A DNA stretch of 64,000 nucleotides from a virus (Duplodnaviria; Caudoviricetes). The first letter of the stretch is position 1; the number at the start of each line of letters is the position of its first letter. The position numbers and the translations under genes were made by a program. Below the pieces are notes generated by a model. That model had not been told where the DNA came from. It saw nothing but the letters and a program-made list of their open reading frames with translations, and searched no databases. The stretch covers positions 1 through 64,000 of IMG/VR virus record IMGVR_UViG_3300019703_000001; one strand, written 5' to 3'. Positions 9,638 to 18,027 of this stretch are shown here, piece by piece.

Positions 9638-9792
9638 TTTGCTGCCTCCTTGCTTTTCTTATTTGAAGCATGTCTTTTTTATTCTTCTTATGCTTTTTAT
9701 AAATAGGTATAAAATACAAAAACAAACTGATTACGGCTCCAATAATTGCACCTGAAATTGTACCGCATAAAACTGCTGTTATGTTCACTCAG

Positions 9793-10137
9793 TTACCTCC
9801 TTTTTTTTGGAATACTTTTTAAAAATTTTTTACTTGCTGTAACAGGGTCAATTTCTTCAAGAGGGGGCCTTTCTTTTTCCAATTTAATTGATTTATAACT
9901 AAAATCGATTTGATGTAGTTCCATCAAAAAGCCCAAAAGGGCATAATAGGCAAAAGGGCCAACAGGCATATCGAAACAATCCCCTGAGTCGTCGAGAAAA
10001 ACAATCTCATCTAAATTGATGTCAATCGAAAGACAATTATCCTTGTTGAAAGTCCTGTGTTCATCTTTATGTTCAGTGTCCTCAACCCATCCGTTCTCTT
10101 TTAAAAAGTCAATACATCTTTGCATGTGTTTTTTCAC
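9793..10137 (-). CDS. hypothetical protein
   Basis: ORF in operon; GTG start with GGAGG SD. Confidence 0.65.
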   Translation of the reverse strand: MKKHMQRCIDFLKENGWVEDTEHKDEHRTFNKDNCLSIDINLDEIVFLDDSGDCFDMPVGPFAYYALLGFLMELHQIDFSYKSIKLEKERPPLEEIDPVTASKKFLKSIPKKRR

Positions 10138-10151
10138 TTAATACCTCCTTT

Positions 10152-10523
10152 TTAAATTCTATTAACATTAAATCCAGCTGCTTCAATTGCTGCATTCCAA
10201 GAACCAAATACTTTAACTGCCATGTTTTTCCAGGAACAGTCAATCATCCGTGGGGTTTTGCCTAATGCTTGTTGCTTGTTTCTTATCAGCTTAATTATTT
10301 CATCAGGAGACAGACAAAAAACACGTTTGCTTTTATTTGTAGGAACTCCCGCACTTATCAAAGCCCCATTCCAAGACCCGAAAAGATTAACTGCTGTTTG
10401 ACTCCATGAGCAGTCAGTCATCCGTGGAGACCTTCCGAATTTTTCAACTTCTTCCCTTATCAAGTTTACGATCATTTTTTTGTTGTAATCTGGTTTTCTC
10501 ATGTTTTTAATATTTTGCCCCAT
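10152..10523 (-). CDS. homing-endonuclease-associated repeat protein (two repeats)
   Basis: GRSPRMTDCSW..FGSWNGALISAG and GKTPRMIDCSW..FGSWNAAIEAAG. Confidence 0.8.
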   Translation of the reverse strand: MGQNIKNMRKPDYNKKMIVNLIREEVEKFGRSPRMTDCSWSQTAVNLFGSWNGALISAGVPTNKSKRVFCLSPDEIIKLIRNKQQALGKTPRMIDCSWKNMAVKVFGSWNAAIEAAGFNVNRI

Positions 10524-10785
10524 ATTCCCCGGATTCTATTTTTCCTACAACATGCATTAGAGCTTGTTTCTGTTTTCTTTTTTCTTTCCTGAGATCCTGC
10601 ATAAAGGTTAAAACGCTTTTCATTTCTTTTTCTGACAGGCCTCTTGATCCTTCAAATGTAAATTTATCAAAACGTTCGGCTACAGTGCCTAATCTTGCGG
10701 TTTTTCCCGCTGAGTATATATTATAGTCACTTATACAGCTTGTTATTTTCCGTATGACTATATGCTTGTATTTTTTTAGGTCCAT
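10507..10785 (-). CDS. hypothetical protein
   Basis: ORF with AGGAG SD. Confidence 0.65.
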   Translation of the reverse strand: MDLKKYKHIVIRKITSCISDYNIYSAGKTARLGTVAERFDKFTFEGSRGLSEKEMKSVLTFMQDLRKEKRKQKQALMHVVGKIESGEYGAKY

Positions 10786-10812
10786 AATTACTCCTTTAAA
10801 GGTTTTATTATT

Positions 10813-11166
10813 TTATCCGTGTGATCCATCCACTGTTTCTTCTTCAAAATCAATTCCATCAATCAAATCAATAAATTTTTTCATTATTTTTTCTGAAACA
10901 GGATTGCTGAGATTTTCAATTGTCTGATCTTTTCTTAAGATTTCTTTTTCCAAACTCCACACACGCTCTCTCAACCTTAAAACATGATCAAAAATAATTT
11001 TAGTCTCTTTATCAAGTGCAATAGCAAAGAATTCACTTTCTGTTATTTCACCGCCTTCTTGATCCTCTTCAAAAAACCGATATACTTCATCGTCGTTTTT
11101 TTTAGCTGCATGCATGTCTTTACTGCTTCCGGTCTTTATGCAGCATTTTTTGATTTTATTTTCCAT
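10813..11166 (-). CDS. hypothetical coiled-coil protein
   Basis: ORF with AGGAG SD. Confidence 0.65.
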   Translation of the reverse strand: MENKIKKCCIKTGSSKDMHAAKKNDDEVYRFFEEDQEGGEITESEFFAIALDKETKIIFDHVLRLRERVWSLEKEILRKDQTIENLSNPVSEKIMKKFIDLIDGIDFEEETVDGSHG

Positions 11167-11172
11167 AATTTT

Positions 11173-11406
11173 TTATTTCTCCTTATGTTGTATTTTAGAA
11201 AGAAAGTCATTGAATGAATCATTTATTTCAAGTGCTTTATCATTGTAACCTTTTTCGTACGCTTGTAATATTATGGTTGTAATGAAATTAGTAAGCTCGC
11301 CCGTGTGAAGTGTATCATAAACTAATGCTTGACCGTTTATTTCCATATGATCTTGAAAAACTCTTATATCAAAAGATTTTACGTTGTGCTTTGCTATTTC
11401 TTTCAT
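11173..11406 (-). CDS. hypothetical protein
   Basis: ORF with AGGAG SD downstream of site B. Confidence 0.65.
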   Translation of the reverse strand: MKEIAKHNVKSFDIRVFQDHMEINGQALVYDTLHTGELTNFITTIILQAYEKGYNDKALEINDSFNDFLSKIQHKEK

Positions 11407-11444
11407 AAATTATTTTCTCCTTTTAATTTTATTGTTTTCCATCT

Positions 11445-11474
11445 AAAACGATATAACATCCATTTGTCCTATTA
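11445..11474 (-). repeat. dyad site B
   Basis: TAATAGGACAAA-TGGATG-TTATATCGTTTT-AGATGG. Confidence 0.8.
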
Positions 11475-11478
11475 GAGG

Positions 11479-11766
11479 TTATTTTTTAAAACAATACCCC
11501 TCTAAAAAATGTTTACAGGGCATATTACTACAACTTTCACAATTCTTTAAATATTGAAACTGTATATGAGGCGACACTTGAATTTTAAAAAGTTTCATCA
11601 TAAAATCTGAAATCTCATATATTGGACTAAGATCAATGTTTTTCAATTCAGGATTTAAACTTAAATTAGAGTTATAAATTTCACCAACAAAAAAACCTGA
11701 ACTTCTTAAATAACACTTATATTTAAAATTATCTACTTTTTCAAATCTTACAGAGTCTGTTTCCAT
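11479..11766 (-). CDS. hypothetical protein bracketed by sites C and B
   Basis: GGAGG SD; C-terminal CESC..C..C. Confidence 0.7.
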   Translation of the reverse strand: METDSVRFEKVDNFKYKCYLRSSGFFVGEIYNSNLSLNPELKNIDLSPIYEISDFMMKLFKIQVSPHIQFQYLKNCESCSNMPCKHFLEGYCFKK

Positions 11767-11803
11767 ATCGCACCTCCCCCTTTTATTATAAATTTTTACG
11801 TCT

Positions 11804-11833
11804 AATGAGTCATAAACTGCATTTTGTCTTTTT
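11804..11833 (-). repeat. dyad site C
   Basis: AAAAAGACAAAA-TGCAGT-TTATGACTCATT-AGACGTAAAA. Confidence 0.85.
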
Positions 11834-11844
11834 ACAATTCTATT

Positions 11845-12165
11845 CTAAGTCATAAATTTGTCATAAATTTCATAAATGTCACGTTTACAATATTCGTAAA
11901 CCTTATTTAAATCAGGGAATCCGCTTTCAGCAACTATGTTACCTACAAGGGAATCATGATCAATGTGCCTGTACATATAATCAATTAGCATCTCAGCAGC
12001 TTCTTCAAAACTGTTTGCTTCAAAAGATATACCGGCAAAGTTCCCCGCGAAAAATTCACTCGTAACACAATGTGCCCCGTAAAGCGGACAAATATGTATG
12101 TGTTCTTCTGACTTCGGAAGTTTTTTAATTAAATCTAACATTTCTTTTGCTGTTGGTCTTTCCAT
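11845..12165 (-). CDS. hypothetical protein bracketed by sites D and C
   Basis: AGGAG SD; single ORF between two sites. Confidence 0.75.
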   Translation of the reverse strand: MERPTAKEMLDLIKKLPKSEEHIHICPLYGAHCVTSEFFAGNFAGISFEANSFEEAAEMLIDYMYRHIDHDSLVGNIVAESGFPDLNKVYEYCKRDIYEIYDKFMT

Positions 12166-12200
12166 AATATTTTCTCCTTTTAATTTATTATTTTACGTCT

Positions 12201-12230
12201 AATAAGTCATAACATCCATTTTGTCCTATT
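12201..12230 (-). repeat. dyad site D
   Basis: AATAGGACAAAA-TGGATG-TTATGACTTATT-AGACGTAAAA. Confidence 0.88.
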
Positions 12231-12265
12231 GGTTTTTGCCGTTTATTTAAATTAAAATTATTTTT

Positions 12266-13015
12266 TTACATTAACGGTTTAATTGTTTCAAATAAAATTT
12301 TTGCTATGTCAGGGACAATGGAATTTCCCAGTCCCTTAATTCGGTCCACCCTTCGGGGTATCCCATGAGCCATTCTACCCATATCGGGTTCAGTTGGCCA
12401 CCGGTGTAATGGTTTGAACGGAACATCACAACAGCTACGAGATTTTTCTTTTTTAGCATTTTGACAAAACTCTTGCTCCCGTGTGGACCGCACCCCTTGT
12501 AATCCGATGCTAGCGGGGTAGGCCATAATCCAGATTCGTTCTCTTTTGTGCGGCGCACCCACGTCCCTTGCGCGTATATCTTGCCATTCTGCATTATACC
12601 CGATTTCGACAAGCCCTCCCAGGATTTCGCGTAATCCCCGACGAACAAGCTCTCCGACATTTTCCAATATTGCAAATTGCGGTTGTAAATCTCTAATAAG
12701 TCTCCAATATTCAAACCAAAGACCAGACCTTTTTCCATTAATTCCTTCTCCTTTTCCCATTATTGAAATATCCTGACAAGGGAATCCACCTGTCAAAATC
12801 CAATTACTTCCATACTCTTTCAGGAGTTTTTTTGAGTTAATTTTAGAAACATCTCCAAGTTGAATTGATCCTGGAAACCTTTTTCTATATAACTCCTGAC
12901 AATATCTATTAGTGTCAGAACAAAAATGATTTTTGAATTTCATATTAGCCCTGTAGGCTCCTAATGCAAAACCGCCTATTCCGTGAAATAAATCTATATA
13001 ATTATAATTTTCCAA
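12266..13015 (-). CDS. C5 DNA cytosine methyltransferase, alpha polypeptide (motifs I-VIII, X)
   Basis: DLFHGIGG, GGFPCQD, ENV, RERIW, GLGNSIVP; motif IX absent. Confidence 0.9.
   Translation of the reverse strand: MENYNYIDLFHGIGGFALGAYRANMKFKNHFCSDTNRYCQELYRKRFPGSIQLGDVSKINSKKLLKEYGSNWILTGGFPCQDISIMGKGEGINGKRSGLWFEYWRLIRDLQPQFAILENVGELVRRGLREILGGLVEIGYNAEWQDIRARDVGAPHKRERIWIMAYPASIGLQGVRSTREQEFCQNAKKEKSRSCCDVPFKPLHRWPTEPDMGRMAHGIPRRVDRIKGLGNSIVPDIAKILFETIKPLM
12304..12738 (-). CDS. C5 methyltransferase beta polypeptide, overprinted in alternative frame
   Basis: WPTP and LNPIWVEWLMGYPEGWT (motif IX-like); true start may be an internal Met. Confidence 0.75.
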   Translation of the reverse strand: MEKGLVFGLNIGDLLEIYNRNLQYWKMSESLFVGDYAKSWEGLSKSGIMQNGKIYAQGTWVRRTKENESGLWPTPLASDYKGCGPHGSKSFVKMLKKKNLVAVVMFRSNHYTGGQLNPIWVEWLMGYPEGWTELRDWEIPLSLT

Positions 13016-13050
13016 TATACCTCTCTATAAATTTTTATTTTTTTACCCCT

Positions 13051-13081
13051 AATAGGTCATAACATCCATTTTTGTACTATT
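13051..13081 (-). repeat. dyad site E
   Basis: AATAGTACAAAAA-TGGATG-TTATGACCTATT-AGGGGTAAAA; overlaps upstream TAG stop. Confidence 0.82.
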
Positions 13082-13496
13082 CCATACTCAATACTTTTTG
13101 AACTTCTATTTTATTAATTTGTTCGGCCATTCTTTCACACTCAGTAATGCAATAATCTAAAGTTCTTACAACCCCACCGGTAGGGAATTTGATTTCTAAC
13201 TTCAGTACTTCCGGTTTACAATTCAATAGATCTTTCCCATCTCCTGAATGAGCACAATCATACCCAAACCACCACAAATCGGACTTAACAGGATATTTTG
13301 ATTCATTTCCTCCACCTGAGTATGTAAGTCCACCATGAACTTCTATCAAAAAATCTATTTCTCTGTAGTCTTTTTCAAATAGGGGGTTGTCTTTTGGAAC
13401 TCCAACATATCCGCATCTGTGGCCCAAAGTTGTCGATAGAATAACAACACACCTTAATCCATTGTGAATCCAATCTTTTTCAACTTTATAATCCAT
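13077..13496 (-). CDS. conserved phage protein
   Basis: GHRCGYV, VHGGLTY, WWFGYDCAH motifs common in phage hypotheticals. Confidence 0.8.
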   Translation of the reverse strand: MDYKVEKDWIHNGLRCVVILSTTLGHRCGYVGVPKDNPLFEKDYREIDFLIEVHGGLTYSGGGNESKYPVKSDLWWFGYDCAHSGDGKDLLNCKPEVLKLEIKFPTGGVVRTLDYCITECERMAEQINKIEVQKVLSME

Positions 13497-13537
13497 ATTA
13501 TACCTCTCCTTTAAATTTTTATTTTAAAAACTTTTTT

Positions 13538-13756
13538 TTAGGGAAAAAGTCTTTTTAGTTCTTCATTCCTAACTTTTTCGTTTGAGCTATTTAATGGGCT
13601 GTTATCATTCCATTCTCCAATATCCGCTTCTCTGCAGGATATTTGAAAAACATGAGTATGGTTCGGGAACCTTGTTTCATCAATTAGGTTTTCAGCCTGT
13701 TCTATTGATTCAACATCCGAATCACATATTATTACTTCTAATTTATAAACTTTCAT
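13538..13756 (-). CDS. hypothetical protein
   Basis: ORF with AGAGG SD. Confidence 0.65.
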   Translation of the reverse strand: MKVYKLEVIICDSDVESIEQAENLIDETRFPNHTHVFQISCREADIGEWNDNSPLNSSNEKVRNEELKRLFP

Positions 13757-13813
13757 ATATAACCTCTATCTTTTAAACTTTTATTTTAATTTTTTTCTGA
13801 AAAAAATAAAATA

Positions 13814-14005
13814 TTATTCAATATACTTTAATTTATTTTTTAATTTATTATCTTCGTCAAACATGTCGGGAGATACTGTGTGTAAAATCCGCCATAGAGC
13901 AATTCCGTAATCACTACTGTCGTCAAAATATAAAGCATTATTAGCTAAAGTTTCAACTTGTTTTAATAAGTTCTGTAAATCATTTTGTTCTTTTTTTTCA
14001 GTCAT
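13814..14005 (-). CDS. hypothetical protein
   Basis: ORF with AGAGGTG SD. Confidence 0.65.
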   Translation of the reverse strand: MTEKKEQNDLQNLLKQVETLANNALYFDDSSDYGIALWRILHTVSPDMFDEDNKLKNKLKYIE

Positions 14006-14030
14006 GTTTCACCTCTCTTTTAAGTTTAAA

Positions 14031-14234
14031 TTACTCCCAACTATCAAAAAGCATTTGCAGCTTTTCTTTGTCTTTATAAATATGGGATCCTTTCGGATAA
14101 AGCCCCACTCTGAATTCAACGTATTTGTCGTTAACATATAAAAACTCAAATCCTTGCTTATTGCGGGGCGCATACAAAACGCAATCACCGAAGTCGCTTA
14201 CTATGAAACAATATCTGTTTAGTATTTCAATCAT
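14031..14234 (-). CDS. hypothetical protein
   Basis: ORF in operon. Confidence 0.6.
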   Translation of the reverse strand: MIEILNRYCFIVSDFGDCVLYAPRNKQGFEFLYVNDKYVEFRVGLYPKGSHIYKDKEKLQMLFDSWE

Positions 14235-14237
14235 AGT

Positions 14238-14498
14238 TCAACTCTCAATATTTTGCCATGTTCGGATTCTTTCGACGATTTTTGTCAATGCTTCGCTTGC
14301 TTCGGATTCTTTGCTGTAGACCAACTTGCTAGTGAAGCTTTTCTCGTTTTTTAAGGATAATACTATATTGTAACTTTCACGGCTGTCCTGATTTTTTTGG
14401 TATAAAACTATATGGTTTATTTCATCGATGTTTATATAAATTTCTTTAGTCCCTTGTACAGCAGACTGGAAATCCTCTGAAATATCTAAAAGTCTCAT
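14238..14498 (-). CDS. hypothetical protein
   Basis: GGAGG SD; first gene after promoter at 14533-14561. Confidence 0.7.
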   Translation of the reverse strand: MRLLDISEDFQSAVQGTKEIYINIDEINHIVLYQKNQDSRESYNIVLSLKNEKSFTSKLVYSKESEASEALTKIVERIRTWQNIES

Positions 14499-14532
14499 AA
14501 TTTAAGCCTCCTTTGTTATTTTATTTAAAGAC

Positions 14533-14561
14533 AAAATAATACCTTGTCATATCTTTGTCAA
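14533..14561 (-). promoter_or_regulatory. sigma70-type promoter
   Basis: TTGACA-aagatatgacaaggtat(17)-TATTTT. Confidence 0.7.
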
Positions 14562-14594
14562 GTTAAAAGTAAAAAAAATAATTATTTTACGTCT

Positions 14595-14624
14595 AAAACG
14601 GCATAAGTAATCTTTTGTCTTATT
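14595..14624 (-). repeat. dyad site F
   Basis: AATAAGACAAAA-GATTAC-TTATGCCGTTTT-AGACGTAAAA. Confidence 0.85.
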
Positions 14625-14630
14625 AGTATT

Positions 14631-14804
14631 TCATTCATCCGGTTGATACAACCACGGTTTTTCAGTAATGTCACAAAAAGAATTTTTTGGGCAAACTATA
14701 CACCAGTCCCTAATATACACAGGTTCATCTTCACAGCCACAATCAACTGGATTTTCATCCACGTGCAATGTACACTTAAAGCAAATACAATCTTTATAAT
14801 CCAT
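14631..14804 (-). CDS. 57-aa Cys-rich protein (missing from ORF track), paralog of the C-terminus of 15307-15855
   Basis: MDYKDCICFKC...DCGC...DWCIVCPKNSFCDITEKPWLY. Confidence 0.75.
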   Translation of the reverse strand: MDYKDCICFKCTLHVDENPVDCGCEDEPVYIRDWCIVCPKNSFCDITEKPWLYQPDE

Positions 14805-14816
14805 AAACAACCATCC

Positions 14817-15062
14817 TTAATTAATTTTTATACATTCCAAAATATGTCTTAATAATTTTTCATGTTTTATTTCATCATGTTCAATATCCCTTATTTCTAA
14901 TGTAAAAATGTTAATGACTATTTCACCATAACTCATACCGCCCCTTTCATTTAATCTTTTTAACGATTGAGAATGTATTAGTTGAGCATGATATTCATTT
15001 AATAACCTAGTAGGAAATTCTTTTATTCCTTCTGGTAATGGCCCTAATATTTTCATTTTCAA
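14817..15062 (-). CDS. hypothetical protein
   Basis: ORF; HSQSLKRLNERGG motif. Confidence 0.65.
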   Translation of the reverse strand: MKMKILGPLPEGIKEFPTRLLNEYHAQLIHSQSLKRLNERGGMSYGEIVINIFTLEIRDIEHDEIKHEKLLRHILECIKIN

Positions 15063-15262
15063 CCTTCCCCTTTTTTAAGTTTATCTTTATTTTTTTTGAG
15101 TTCTTGAGCGTCCACAAAAATTTCATACCCTTCATTATATACCCATTTGTGAAATTCTTTTGACATTCGACATACAAAAACTCCATTGACAAATTTTGAA
15201 CCGCCCTTTTTTGCGATTATCATTTCAGCTTTCTTCAAAATAAATTTTTCAATTATTTCCAT
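15059..15262 (-). CDS. hypothetical protein
   Basis: ORF downstream of site G with AGGAG SD. Confidence 0.6.
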   Translation of the reverse strand: MEIIEKFILKKAEMIIAKKGGSKFVNGVFVCRMSKEFHKWVYNEGYEIFVDAQELKKNKDKLKKGEG

Positions 15263-15294
15263 TTCTATGGCTCCTTTTTTATTATTTTACGTCT

Positions 15295-15324
15295 AATAGG
15301 TCATAATCAAGCTTTTGTCTTTTT
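15295..15324 (-). repeat. dyad site G
   Basis: AAAAAGACAAAA-GCTTGA-TTATGACCTATT-AGACGTAAAA; spacer contains the TGA stop of the upstream gene. Confidence 0.85.
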
Positions 15325-15855
15325 TGGAATATATCCCCACGGTTGCGCTGTAACCTTACAGTAACGCCTCTTAGGGCATTCCATACACCAATCTTTTATG
15401 TACATAGGATCATTTTTGCAGCCGCACTCAAAAGATGCCTCTTCTGTAAGGTTTTTACATTTAAAACAACAACAATCATAATAGGGTTGATACTCCCATG
15501 TGAATATTATTTCTGTAATATCTGTCTTTTGTTTACGTATTTCAATAATTTTATAGTTGTTTTTTTCCAAAATTTTTATTATATATTGAAAAAATAGATT
15601 TGCTACAGGGCCAATGGGGAAGTTCCCTCTATAGTCTTTAGGTATACCCATGCGAGGCTCTATATTTTGGGAGTTTTCTTCAATCTGAGATAAATCAAAA
15701 AGAGAAATTCTTCCCAGCATTTCTCCATAATAAAAAGTGCCATCTGTTCTTTCTTGAATATAAGCTTTGATTTTCTCATCATATTTTTCAAACTTTTTAT
15801 CATATTTTTTTCTGGCTTCTATTGTTTTATCAAATGCTTCATTTGCTTTAATCAT
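15307..15855 (-). CDS. hypothetical protein with C-terminal Cys-rich domain
   Basis: DCCCFKC...ECGC...DWCMECPKRRYC...PWGY. Confidence 0.75.
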   Translation of the reverse strand: MIKANEAFDKTIEARKKYDKKFEKYDEKIKAYIQERTDGTFYYGEMLGRISLFDLSQIEENSQNIEPRMGIPKDYRGNFPIGPVANLFFQYIIKILEKNNYKIIEIRKQKTDITEIIFTWEYQPYYDCCCFKCKNLTEEASFECGCKNDPMYIKDWCMECPKRRYCKVTAQPWGYIPKKTKA

Positions 15856-16211
15856 TCCCCTGCCTCCACTTCCTGTTCAATCATTAAATCTATTTCCCTT
15901 AATTTCTTAGCCGATTGGAGTTCTACTTCGTTTCGCATCGCTTTAAGGGCTAATAATTTCGTTGAATATTGCTCTATGGGCTCTTGAGCTGTTGTTTCGT
16001 CCCACCCGTGACGATTGTGATATATTGAAGAAGAGCAGGATTTTCCAATTCTTAAATTATATGCATTGTATGAATACCCATTTACAATTTTACGAAAATC
16101 ATCAGAAGTATTTGGCGGCATTAAATCACGCTCAACCGGTTCTGTAAATCTTAAAGCCAGTTTTGTTTTAAGATCTTCAAGCTCTTTTTTCTCTTTTTTG
16201 TTCATTGCCAT
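15852..16211 (-). CDS. hypothetical protein
   Basis: AGGAG SD; coupled to next gene. Confidence 0.7.
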   Translation of the reverse strand: MAMNKKEKKELEDLKTKLALRFTEPVERDLMPPNTSDDFRKIVNGYSYNAYNLRIGKSCSSSIYHNRHGWDETTAQEPIEQYSTKLLALKAMRNEVELQSAKKLREIDLMIEQEVEAGE

Positions 16212-16237
16212 AATAATTTTCTCCTTTTATTTAAATT

Positions 16238-16441
16238 TTAAACACTTTTGGTTAAGAAAGTTAAAATAGTAAGAATGACACTGTAAACTAAAGATATCAC
16301 CAGAAGAAACACAATATATTTTTTAGTGCTGTACTTTTCAAACCATTTCGATAAAACTATTGTTGCTAATCCACAACAAATAAAACAGAGAAGCCATAAT
16401 GCAAAAAAAATGTGAAAATAAGCTTTGATTGAATATTCCAT
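16238..16441 (-). CDS. two-TM membrane protein
   Basis: Two hydrophobic helices; first gene of the leftward unit. Confidence 0.65.
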   Translation of the reverse strand: MEYSIKAYFHIFFALWLLCFICCGLATIVLSKWFEKYSTKKYIVFLLVISLVYSVILTILTFLTKSV

Positions 16442-16476
16442 AACAATTACCTTTTTTTTGTTTAAATTTTAAAGTC

Positions 16477-16506
16477 AATATACAAACAACACCCTTGTCT
16501 TGTCAA
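16477..16506 (-). promoter_or_regulatory. sigma70-type promoter, divergent from the RHH operon
   Basis: TTGACA-agacaagggtgttgtttg(18)-TATATT. Confidence 0.65.
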
Positions 16507-16625
16507 ATGTTTTTCATAAAAATATTAAAAAATATTGAAAAAGTTAAAAAAAAATAAAAAAATATTGACAATAAACAGGCCCGGTTTTTGTATGTGTCAC
16601 AACAAATAACAAACAGGAGGTACAA

Positions 16626-16811
16626 ATGAGCAGAGGCAGAGCGACAATTTTCCCTAACGGCTCCAAGGGTGTTAATGTTTCGACTGAACATCACGAAAGA
16701 CTAACCGAGCTCGCTTCGGAAAAAAGGGAAACAATCGGTCAATTTGTGGCAAATCTAATTGACGATTATTTAAGTAAACATGAGGAGGTGACTCAAAAAA
16801 ACAATGGATAA
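16626..16811 (+). CDS. ribbon-helix-helix (CopG/Arc-like) regulator
   Basis: GVNVS strand, then EHHERLTELA and IGQFVANLIDDYL helices; AGGAGG SD. Confidence 0.65.
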   Translation: MSRGRATIFPNGSKGVNVSTEHHERLTELASEKRETIGQFVANLIDDYLSKHEEVTQKNNG

Positions 16812-17223
16812 TGAAGAAAAGAAAAAACTACATTCTGAATGGCTGAAATGCAAAAATGCTGAATCTAGGGCCAAGGCAAAAAGGCAGGAAGTTGAAGATC
16901 AGCTAAGTGCTTTATATCCTGATTTTGATACAAGTTCAAAGACCTTTAAAGATGAGGAGCTGGGTTTTTCTACAAATATCAAAAAAAATCCTAATTGGAA
17001 GCTTAATCAAGAAGGATATAAGTCAATAAGGGATTCGATCCCAGCAGATTTACGGCCCGAAAAGATTGTATTCGAGTTGGACAAAAAAGGATATGAGTAT
17101 TTAAAGAAGAATTATCCTGATATTTACAAAATTGTATCCGAACATGTAGAATTCAAATACAATCGGCCTACAATAGCAGTTGAAAAATTAAAAAAAACAG
17201 GAGGTACTAATGGGAATTCTTGA
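16804..17223 (+). CDS. phage protein of Sak4/DUF669 recombination operon
   Basis: Coiled-coil N-terminus; operon position. Confidence 0.7.
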   Translation: MDNEEKKKLHSEWLKCKNAESRAKAKRQEVEDQLSALYPDFDTSSKTFKDEELGFSTNIKKNPNWKLNQEGYKSIRDSIPADLRPEKIVFELDKKGYEYLKKNYPDIYKIVSEHVEFKYNRPTIAVEKLKKTGGTNGNS

Positions 17224-18016
17224 CAATGTCGAAACAGGGGTGAAACAAAGCGCAAGAAAGCTGATCATTTATGGCCCTGCTAAAATAGGAAAATCTACAT
17301 TTTGCGCAGCGGCTCCAAAGCCACTATTGGTGCGGCTTGAAGATCGTGTCGATGACATCGCTTGTGCTAAAACACCATTATTAACAAAATATCAAGAGGT
17401 GGCTGATTTAATAAAGGAGCTTGCCGAAGGTGCGCATGACTATAAAACTCTTATAATCGACCCGATCGGAGATCTTGAGAGGCTAATACATTCTCATTTA
17501 TGCCAAAAATATGGATGGGAGTCTATAAATAGTGACAAGCATAAAGCCACGGCATTTCACAACGGATATAAGGTTGAAGCTCCGAAGGGCTGGAGAACAT
17601 TCTGTTCTAATTTAGATTATTTAAGAAAAAAACGCAATATGAATGTTGTTTTAATTGCTCACGAAGAAAAAGTAACTGAAAGACCTACTGACAAGGACCC
17701 GTATGACAAATTAGTTCCTGCAATTGATATTCATTCGGTTAAGGTAATTGAAAGGTGGGCGGATATAATAGGGCATTATGGACCGGATTATCTGGTTGAC
17801 AAAGACGCAAAAACTAAAAGGGGCCGTGCAATAGGGTTAGATTCACGGAGTTTAGAGCTTGACGGCAGGAACCCGGCAATTTTATCAGGGAACAGTTACC
17901 ACTTTGGCAACATTACCCCTGTGAATCTTGGTAACTTAAAAGACATTATGAAATTTTTACTGGAAGACAATCTAACTCCCGGTAGAGATGAAACAAAAAC
18001 AAAAGGTAAAAAATAA
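17210..18016 (+). CDS. Sak4-like AAA ATPase (single-strand annealing/recombination)
   Basis: IYGPAKIGKST, LIIDP, LIAHE. Confidence 0.85.
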   Translation: MGILDNVETGVKQSARKLIIYGPAKIGKSTFCAAAPKPLLVRLEDRVDDIACAKTPLLTKYQEVADLIKELAEGAHDYKTLIIDPIGDLERLIHSHLCQKYGWESINSDKHKATAFHNGYKVEAPKGWRTFCSNLDYLRKKRNMNVVLIAHEEKVTERPTDKDPYDKLVPAIDIHSVKVIERWADIIGHYGPDYLVDKDAKTKRGRAIGLDSRSLELDGRNPAILSGNSYHFGNITPVNLGNLKDIMKFLLEDNLTPGRDETKTKGKK

Positions 18017-18027
18017 GGAGGCCAAAT

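Noticed and set aside
16510-16570. Replication origin (AAAAATATT repeats)
   Set aside because: Low-complexity AT tract that is equally explained as UP elements of divergent promoters; no initiator gene seen.
16565-16600. Rightward promoter for the RHH operon
   Set aside because: TTGACA is present but there is no convincing -10 at 16-18 bp; not listed as a feature.
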